A stretch of DNA of 64,000 nucleotides, taken from positions 9,982,001 through 10,046,000 of the forward strand of contig OZ024751.1 in the NCBI GenBank assembly GCA_964016885.1, read 5' to 3'. Origin of the DNA: Eledone cirrhosa (Eukaryota). Made by a program: the position numbers and the translations under genes. Positions 54,468 to 64,000 of this stretch are shown in pieces; within the stretch, counting starts at the first letter, position 1; each line of letters opens with the position of its first letter. The notes below the pieces were generated by a model. The model worked only from the letters and a program-made list of their open reading frames with translations. It searched no databases and was not told where the DNA came from.

Positions 54468-54652
54468 GGTGTGGGTGAAAGAACTTGAGCTTAGTGGAAA
54501 AGTCTGGATACGGCGTGGTAGGGTCGGAAATTGCTCTACTACGGGAATAGGAGCTAGATAACGAAGGAAATGTGGTAAGGAACCAGGTGGACCATAACGC
54601 ACCAAAGTACTCAATACTTAGGGTAGTAGAGTGGGTAATAGGAACGAGTAGG

Positions 54653-54748
54653 ACCCCGTCGGCTGAGCTCAAGCCGTTTCGACGGCTAATTCTGGACTAA
54701 ATAAAAAATTTTATCCTGGTATTTGAATAGCCGAGCTTCTCAGGGGGT
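54653..54748 (-). ncRNA. Hammerhead-like motif, CUGAGAA core, GAC at the cleavage triplet (5' pLTR)
   Basis: As 51879-51974 but ..agccg-AC-ggggt. Confidence 0.55.
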
Positions 54749-54808
54749 AATTCCATATATGGTAAAAGTGATTGTCACAAGGATTGGTCAAAAGTTTGTT
54801 GTTGAGAC

Positions 54809-54873
<65 letters not shown>

Positions 54874-55099
54874 GTGTGTGTGCAGTGTATGTGATGCACT
54901 TACATGTAACAGAAGAATATAAGGACTAGAATTTTAGGGGAGTAGCCGCCCCCACTAAAATCCTTGAATCATGACCACTGCCCACTGCCTAATTCTGGTC
55001 TGACCTGACCTTCAGCACATGAGACATGACATTCTCAAGTTGAACATTTAAATGGAGTTCAATTGTTTTCCCATAGAATTCCCTATTTTTTGTAAAAGA

Positions 55100-55408
55100 A
55101 AACTACTACTACAATTACAACCTCTACTATTACTACTACTATTATTACAACTAAGACTACTGCGACTACTATTACTATTGTTACTACTGCTATTACGACT
55201 AAGACAAGTAGTAGTATTATTACAACTAAGACTAATACTTATATTGCTAGTACTACAACTACTACTACTATTACAATTAAGGCTACTACTATTACAACTA
55301 TGACTACGACTACTACTACTATTACGACTAAGATTACTACTACGACAACATCCACTACTTCTATTGTTACTATTACGACTAAGACTACGTCTACTACTAC
55401 AGTTACTA

Positions 55409-55462
<54 letters not shown>

Positions 55463-55480
55463 GTACTACTACTACTACTC
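55100..55480. repeat. Degenerate (CTA)n low-complexity tract
   Basis: Direct observation. Confidence 0.9.
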
Positions 55481-55949
55481 AGAATTAATTTTTAAAATTT
55501 AATTAGAAAATGAAATAAAATAAAGAAATTTTTTAAAAAATAAAACAAATAATTATTTTTCTCTTCTGTTTTTTTTTTGTTGTTTTTTTTTTTGTTAATT
55601 CCTGTGAGCATTGATAAATGGCCCACTTTCTGGGGTAATCGAACTTTACTATGCTTCATTCAATAAATTTATCGGCTGATTAGGAGGGATGTCTTTGATG
55701 GCATTTATGTTTGGTTTTGCTTTGTTTTCAGTTATGGGATTGGTGAAGGTATTGATTTCGGGGAGCATGGTGGGGGAAGGGGGTTGATTTTTTGGTTGTT
55801 GTTGTTTTGTTTTGTTTGTTTGATTGTTTGTTTGTCTTTGGTTTTTTGTTGTTTTTTGTTTGTTTCTGGTTCATTTTTATTAGAAATGATCATCAATCAA
55901 TTTTGTAATCCTGATGACAAGCAAACTACATCGAATTATCTTCTCTGAT

Positions 55950-56720
55950 CACCATCATCATCATCATCATTAACATCAATAACATCATCACAACCACTAC
56001 TACTACCACCAACACCATCAACATCACTACAGCAACTACGACAACTACCAACACCATCATCAACATCATCACTACAACTACTACCACCACCAACACCATC
56101 GTCATCATCTCAACCACTACCACCATCACCACAGCAAGTACCACCATCTCCACCATCACTACAACAACTACCACTACTAACACCATTACCATCATCAACA
56201 TTATCATCATCACAACCACTACCACCACAACACCTACCCCACCCACTACCCTCGCCACCATCACTACAAAAACTACCAACAACAACACCATCATCATAAA
56301 CACAATCAACATCACAACTACCACCACCACCACTACCATCTCCACCATCACTACAAAAACTACCAACAACAACACCATCATCATCAAAACAACAACACCA
56401 TCACAACCACTACCACCACCACCACCACTACCATCTCCACCATCACTACAAAAACTACCAACAACAACACCATCATCATCAACACAATCAACATCACAAC
56501 TAACGCCACCACCACCACCATCTCCACCATCACTACAACAATTACGACCGCCACCAACATCATCATCACTACAACAAAAACTACCACCACCACTACTATC
56601 ATCATCAACATAATCAACATCGCAACAAAGATTACCACAACTATAATTACTCTTACTACCACCATCATCACCCTCATCAATATCACCTAAACAACAACCA
56701 CTACTACTATCACCACCATT
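55950..56720. repeat. Degenerate (CAC/CAT/CAA)n low-complexity tract
   Basis: Direct observation. Confidence 0.85.
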
Positions 56721-56944
56721 GTTTCTCAACAAAACTAGATTTTTGCTAACATTAGCGACAAGAATTCGCCAATAATATTGCTTCCAAAACTTCCATATTC
56801 AAAATCACCAAGACAAAATGTCGCGTATCTAAGCGTTTCTCTGACTTGAAATAACTGACCGAATCTCCTTCAAATCATATTGAATAGTATATTGAATGAT
56901 GTGGTTCTAGATTTAAAGTGTGAGAAAGATTATATATATATAAT

Positions 56945-57166
56945 AATTGTTTCTACGTTAGGCAAAGTTAACCTCGGCGGGATTTGAACTCAGAACGGCA
57001 AGGGCCGTAACTCTATGCGTCAAAGCATGGCGTCCGACCCTCTACCGATACTGCCAGTCCACCATAATAATAATTGTTTCTATTTTAGGCACAAGGCCAG
57101 CAATTACCCAGTACATTACTGGTACTTTATTTTATCGACCCCGTAAGGATGAAAGGCAAAGTTACC
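56945..57166 (-). mobile_element. SINE (12826/45615 family) split into two pieces: head with internal deletion and separate core/tail
   Basis: 56945-57064 = head joined to tail; 57075-57165 = core and tail. Confidence 0.75.
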
Positions 57167-57300
57167 ATAATAATAATAATAAACGTGAAGACTAAGCGTG
57201 AAAGCAGCGATTCTTTGCTTAAACTTTAATCTGTTATCTTAATATATATATATATATATATATTATAAAGAATCGGGACCCCGGCGGCTGAGCTCCTGCC

Positions 57301-57560
57301 AAAAACAAGATGGTGTAGGAGAGAACAAAGGAGAGACACAAAATAAGAAATCAGTCACTGAGGAGGTCACAGAATGTGTCACGAAAGAACTTTGACAATA
57401 TATAAACAACCATCTGGTTATTTATATTAAAATGAAATGAAAACGAACAGGTGCGCGTGTTTTTATTGGCAGCATGACCCTCCCAAAGTATGACAATATG
57501 TTTCAGCACACGATTTCAAATCAGAAATCTCGCAAAACAAATTCAAAAAACAAAGTATAT
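57301..57560 (+). mobile_element. Diverged pLTR of the Neptune-like family with hammerhead at 57353-57396
   Basis: gtca-CTGAGGA-ggtcac..gtgtcac-GAAA-gaac-TT-tgac; catgaccctcccaaagtat; tail matches 13713-13830. Confidence 0.75.
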
Positions 57561-57734
57561 ATTACGTATATATAAATATATATATAAATATATATGAAAT
57601 GTCTTCTACAGTATTAGAAATGTTACATTCAAAAGAAACCATCAGGGCTTTCCAGGTGATTTCTTGTGAATGAAAAATTATCAGTGATTGAATGCCATGA
57701 ACTTTTAATTTTTGGTTTATAAGCGCATTGTAAC

Positions 57735-57839
<105 letters not shown>

Positions 57840-58063
57840 TTAGGTTTGTTGGTTCACCACTGGATAGAATTGGTCATTCCGTATGGTCAATCTTGGTGTA
57901 ATATTGTGGAGAGTGATTTTTCGGACCCATGGTTTTTTTACATATTCCTTTGTTATATTCCAATACCTGATGATATCACCGGATTCATATGGAATCCGGT
58001 CATTGAAATGATCATAGTATAATAAACCTTTCAAGGATTTACACCAGTCCAGCCTCCTGCTAT

Positions 58064-58147
<84 letters not shown>

Positions 58148-58646
58148 GGAAAATTTGAACTGGAACAAAACAGAGAGGCAGTACAACGAATGTTTATTAA
58201 TTTCACGCTCTTGAGAGTGGGGTGGTGGTGGTGGATATATATATATATATATATATATAGTTATATATATAGCAACAAATAAATAGGTCGCACCATATTT
58301 GATGAAGACGTTTGTGTTGTGGTGCGCCAAGCGTTGAAAACTGTTTCAATGAAATATTGAAATATTCACATCTGCGTTGAAAATTGGATAATTAAACCGA
58401 ATTGATATTTCAGGGAATTATATGTAGGATGTATTAAGAAATGTAAAAAAAAATATTGTAAATATAGTTAATGGAGTTATTTTGTATAGAAAAATATAGC
58501 AAAACACATTTCAGTAACCATAGTGACAAAAAGAAAAATTTTATTTCAAAATGTGGGACAGATATTTCATGTAAGTATATATGTGTGTGTATGCCTATAC
58601 ATATCCATATATATATGAATATATATATATATGTATTTATATATAT

Positions 58647-58871
<225 letters not shown>

Positions 58872-59029
58872 AATATATATATATATATATATTCATATAT
58901 ACATATATGTATATTCATACATACATATATATATATATTCATACATACATATATATATATATTCCTATATACATATATATATATATTCCTATATACATAT
59001 ATTTTATTCATACATACATATATATATGA

Positions 59030-59375
59030 TGATGGCTGCCCCGTCGTTATTTAGTATGGCCATTGCACGAGAAAGAAAACATAATAATAACAATAATAAT
59101 AATAATAACAACAATAATAATAACGACAACAACAACAATAATGATATACATATATATATAAACACACACGCACAAACACAAACAATTCTATACAGACACA
59201 CACGATAGCAATTAACAGCGCGGCGATCGAATGTGGCTTTTTAGCCCAGCCAATGATCTAAAATGTCTTGCACAGAGTCGGCAACCAAAACATTCACTGG
59301 GAATAGCCGGCTGTGGTTGGAGTTCATGTACTTTTGCATGTCGTTTGAGCCCTCCTGCTGATTTACATTCTCTAC
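59030..59375 (-). mobile_element. RTE-like LINE extreme 3' end with C2H2-like zinc fingers
   Basis: ECKSAGGLKRHAKVH...CRLCARHFRSLAGLKSHIR then stop; tail ggccatactaaataacgacggggcagccatcatc. Confidence 0.6.
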
Positions 59376-59376
59376 C

Positions 59377-59407
<31 letters not shown>

Positions 59408-59659
59408 AATGAGAGGTATAGAGATTGTTTTAGCAAGAAGCTAACGGCATTCTATAACATATATGCGACTATAACGTCAAGATGGGAAAAGTAGTTAACG
59501 AAAGATTTAGGGAAAATAACTCAAACTCATCTCAAAAGAGAATCAGAATATAAATTCATCCACAGAATTTAGTAAAATCCAGGGAAAATCTATAGACCTT
59601 TAACTCATGATAAAATAAAGTTTGAAACACTTATCCTTCAATTTGGAATAACATCAAAT

Positions 59660-59741
59660 GCTCTGTATAGTCTTAAAAGACTATTTCATGAAAACTTTCA
59701 GTGGAGATGGTCACGGTTGGAATTTCAATCATCAGCAGAGC
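59660..59741 (-). ncRNA. Type I hammerhead ribozyme motif
   Basis: gctctg-CTGATGA-ttgaaatt...agttttcat-GAAA-tagtcttttaagacta-TA-cagagc; 6-bp stem I, stable stem III. Confidence 0.85.
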
Positions 59742-59883
59742 TCAACAGAAAACCAGGGCTCTCACAGTAATATAATCCGAAAAAGGGAATTCTAAAACTG
59801 GCTAGTTCGCCTTCATGTGTATTTATGAAAAAGCACATGAGGAAAAAACGGGGCTAGTGACGTCAGATATATATATATATATG

Positions 59884-59966
<83 letters not shown>

Positions 59967-59984
59967 TCCTATATACATACATAT

Positions 59985-60017
<33 letters not shown>

Positions 60018-60420
60018 TATATTTATATACATATATATATATTTATATAGATATATATATATAGAGAGAGATATATATATATACATTTATATATATATTT
60101 ATATATATATATTATATATATATAAATATATATATCATAAAACATGTCTATAGAATCAATCAGATATTAAAATATATACTATTTCTTCTTCTAATCAGCA
60201 TAATTAACCATATACATAATCAAATCTAGCAAGCATTAAGAGTAAATTTTCTAACGGGGAAATCTCCGACAAATGATTGACCGCAGCCAGTTCGCGTTAA
60301 CTCCGTTCCATTATTTATCAAACACTTCGGCAGCATGCAGAATCCGATCAAATATATCGTCAACCGCACGTAATTAGTAGTAAAATTAAACTTAGAAGAA
60401 ATGAGCACATACCGTAATTA

Positions 60421-60501
60421 TATCTCTACCATGGTTTCTTCCTTGTTTAGGACATCCAAATAATATGGACTTGCCCTGAGTCAGGTTATCATCAGGAGAC
60501 A
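60421..60501 (-). ncRNA. Type I hammerhead ribozyme motif
   Basis: tgtctc-CTGATGA-taacct...tcca[tattatt]tgga...aggaa-GAAA-ccatgg-TA-gagata. Confidence 0.8.
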
Positions 60502-60611
60502 AACTCAGAAATAGACATTTAATTTCTCAGACCGACCCCGCCAAATTTAGATTCAAAAATGGCTAAGATCGCTATGTAGCTGTATATATATATATAAATA
60601 TATATATATAT

Positions 60612-60655
<44 letters not shown>

Positions 60656-60695
60656 GTGTGTGTGTGTGTGTGTGTATATATATGTATGTATATAG

Positions 60696-60784
<89 letters not shown>

Positions 60785-61313
60785 TATATCTATATGTATG
60801 TATGAATAAAATATATGTATAAAGGAATATATATATATGTATATAGGAATATATATATCTATATGTATGTATGAATAAAATATATGTATAAAGGAATATA
60901 TATATGTATATATGAATATATATATATATATTTCTGAATATATATATGTATATATGTATACTCGGGCTGTTTGTTTGTTTACAAACAAACAAAGAGAGCA
61001 TTATAATAAATGTTCGGTAAACCGATACGTACATATATATATGTGTGCATGTTTGTATATATATATACTATTGTACGTCTGTATACATATATGTATGTAC
61101 GTATACATACAAATGTATATATGAATATATATATGAATATATGTATATGTATATATTAATATATATATGTATATATGAATATATATATATATATGTATAT
61201 ATTAATATATATATGTATATAAGAATATATATGTGTATATGAATATATATATATATGAATATGTGAATATATATATATGTATATGTGAATATATATATGT
61301 ATATGTGAATATG

Positions 61314-61395
<82 letters not shown>

Positions 61396-61407
61396 TATAT
61401 ATATATA

Positions 61408-61496
<89 letters not shown>

Positions 61497-61504
<8 letters not shown>

Positions 61505-61780
61505 GTAATAAACAACATAAGGCAATTATTTCATTTACCAGTGGTTTCTTAAAAGCAAAAAAATTTTGCTTTCAATCATCAGAATGAAAAAATCCTGGAG
61601 TATTTATTGACGTTGGATTTTAAAAACAAAAGATTTTTTGATTTTTTTGTTTTTAAAATCCAACGTCAATAAATACTCCAGGATTTTTTTCATTCTGATG
61701 ATTGAAAGCAAAATTTTTTTGCTTTTAAGAAACCACTGGTAAATGAAATAATTGCCTTATGTTGTTTATTACATAACTAT
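61497..61780. repeat. Fold-back palindrome carrying two complete hammerhead motifs (61529-61589 minus, 61688-61748 plus)
   Basis: ~135-bp near-perfect arms; same family as ~6455-6590; (TA)n on the left. Confidence 0.9.
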
Positions 61781-61848
61781 TAAGCTCTGTTACCTACATA
61801 GAGCACTCTTTTTTCCTGGATTTTTCCGACGGAATTACTTCATTTATT

Positions 61849-61937
<89 letters not shown>

Positions 61938-61974
61938 GTTTAAGCAAAGAATCGCCAGTTTAATACTATGAATC

Positions 61975-62564
61975 ATTAGTTGGAGTGAAATCTAAGTAAG
62001 TAAGTTAATTATTATAATTTTCTTATTTTACGTCTTTCATATAATTGTTCTGCATCCCCTTACATTGAACCATAAAGTTACTAAGAGAAAACCTGTATAT
62101 TTGCTTGCGTAGGTATACATCTGTATATATATGTTGGTAGATATACTAATTCTTTATAATTATCTCCAAATTATTTTGTTGAGCAAAAATTTGCCTAAAT
62201 TACTACTATAAATTCATAGTATTAACCTGGCTACTGTCTTTTTAACACCCCACTCCTCACTGATTAACCTCGATGTCACGTAATTGATTCTTTTAAATTT
62301 GCCACCGACCAAGTAGGCAGTGATTTTTTCAATGTCTTGGAATTTAGTCCACGTTTGCTTTTTTCCATCCACTGAATTATTTTTGTATAAGTTCCCTGTG
62401 TCCGCGCATCACCAGGTATCTTAACTGAGAACGACTTCCTGATGACGAAATGGCTTCTCCGTGTTCTCCGTTTGGGGACCATGTTTATTCCCTTTCAGAA
62501 ACTAATTAGTTGGAGTGAAATCTAAGTAAGTAAGTTAATTATTATAATTTTCTTATTTTACGTC

Positions 62565-62570
<6 letters not shown>
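61975..62570. repeat. ~67-bp direct repeats (61975-62042 and ~62505-62570) bracketing a unique segment
   Basis: attagttggagtgaaatctaagtaagtaagttaattattataattttcttattttacgtctttcatat occurs twice. Confidence 0.75.
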
Positions 62571-62662
<92 letters not shown>

Positions 62663-62832
62663 GAATATATATATATATAGATATATATAGAAGTGCTTAC
62701 ATAACAGTTAGTTCACCATACCGAGAACAATTGTTTCACCATAGCGGATCCTCAGCTCGTAATGGACATGGTTATACGCGTCCCAAGGACTGAGTGCTCT
62801 ACCACTACGGATATTACCTTCCAGTGTTCTAC

Positions 62833-62895
<63 letters not shown>

Positions 62896-62988
62896 TATAT
62901 ATTTATTTAAATAACAGATTAAAGTTTAAGCAAAGAATCGCTGCTTTTTATATATGAACATATATATATATAAATATATATATATATA

Positions 62989-63098
<110 letters not shown>

Positions 63099-63275
63099 TA
63101 TACATATATATATATATGAATATATATATATATATATGAATATACATATATATATGAATATATGTATGCATATATGAATATATATATATGGATATATAAT
63201 TGAAAAAGTGTAGAATAACATGGTCAACAGTACAAAAAAGGGGATTTATTTACAGTCTAACAATTTATTTATTTA

Positions 63276-63859
63276 CAACTAGAAATAGCAGCCGAGTCGT
63301 TTCAACTGAGTTAGTTCTACAACTAAGTGGCCGTGTATATATCCAAATTTAAATTAAGGGTGTCATGTCGGAGAGACATGCATCATACCCACTGTCGAAT
63401 ATGCTCCAAGATTCCAATGAATAGATCCGAGCATTTTATATTAACTAGAAATTGATTGACATATATATATATATATCTAAAATAAACATATGAAACATAT
63501 TTAACTAGAACTTCAAAAATAGATACCTTATAAATTGATTAATCTTCCTTGTATATATTTCATTAAAGAAATATATTTCACCATTAATTGATCGGTAAAC
63601 CATAGTAGCCAAATCAAATTCCGGATTTTTAACAAGGGAGAAGATCTAACTATCTGTGTTTACACAGCAAATTCAAATCTGCGAATGACTAGCAACACAT
63701 GTCGTATTTTTTTTAAATACGCACATCGTACCAGCCTCATCCCAGTGGCGTGAAAAGGGTTATCGACAACTAGAATTAGCAGCCGAGTCCTTTCAACTGA
63801 ATTAGCTCTACAATCAATGGGCCATGTATATATCCAAAATTAAATTAAGGGTGTCATGT
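63276..63859. repeat. ~93-bp diverged direct repeats (63276-63368 and 63767-63859)
   Basis: acaactagaa..agcagccgagtc.tttcaactga...aaattaagggtgtcatgt occurs twice. Confidence 0.7.
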
Positions 63860-64000
63860 GCTATTTTTGCAAATTTTTGCAATGACTACACATACTGAAT
63901 TCATTTGCCAAAACTAGGGGTTTTCTCCCCTTTGGAGTTCACATGTGCTTTGGAACACTGTGAGATCCTGGCGCACGCAGAACAAAATTCCTGTTGAGAA

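Larger units (their letters stand above)
51791..54810 (-). mobile_element. Naiad-like PLE family A with direct pLTRs at both ends; endonuclease deleted
   Basis: pLTRs ~54558-54810 and 51791-52037; ORF starts at 54467; jumps from YQCNV (~52722) straight into 3' UTR matching ~18213; (TA)n at both ends. Confidence 0.9.

Noticed and set aside
55926-56732. 268-aa Gly/Asp/Cys/Val-rich ORF
   Set aside because: It is a degenerate trinucleotide tract open in several frames, with no domain or splice evidence.
59212-59436. Host C2H2 zinc-finger gene exon
   Set aside because: It is followed by a LINE-type 3' tail also seen at 14161-14200 and lacks TGEKP linkers; an RTE C-terminus explains it better.

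Overview
Gene-poor, AT-rich animal DNA full of (TA)n, (CA)n, (GA)n and (GATA)n microsatellites. The SINE types and repeat landscape suggest an octopod cephalopod (inference). I found no host gene I can support. The window is a transposon graveyard. (1) Penelope-like elements (PLEs) of at least three families: one Neptune-like at 1-2885, and Naiad-like CxCx5C elements at 8.4-12.3 kb, 16.8-19.0 kb and 51.8-54.8 kb. Many short PLE terminal (pLTR) fragments are also present, often as fold-back palindromes inside (TA)n. (2) About 20 type I hammerhead-ribozyme motifs from roughly 8-10 sequence families, one with an unusual CUGAGAA/UUGAGAA core (A at position 8). (3) Three divergent Tx1/L1-type LINEs stacked head-to-tail and separated by (GATA)n at 22.0-33.3 kb, one with an intact ORF2. 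(4) A near full-length but disrupted Helitron with seven 23-aa STPR-like repeats. (5) RTE and CR1 3' fragments, two tRNA-derived SINE families and a 54/57-bp minisatellite. The best candidates for something undescribed are the A8-variant hammerhead family, the (GATA)n-targeting Tx1 lineage and the ribozyme-bearing fold-back PLE termini in (TA)n. Coordinates were read by eye; element boundaries are approximate.
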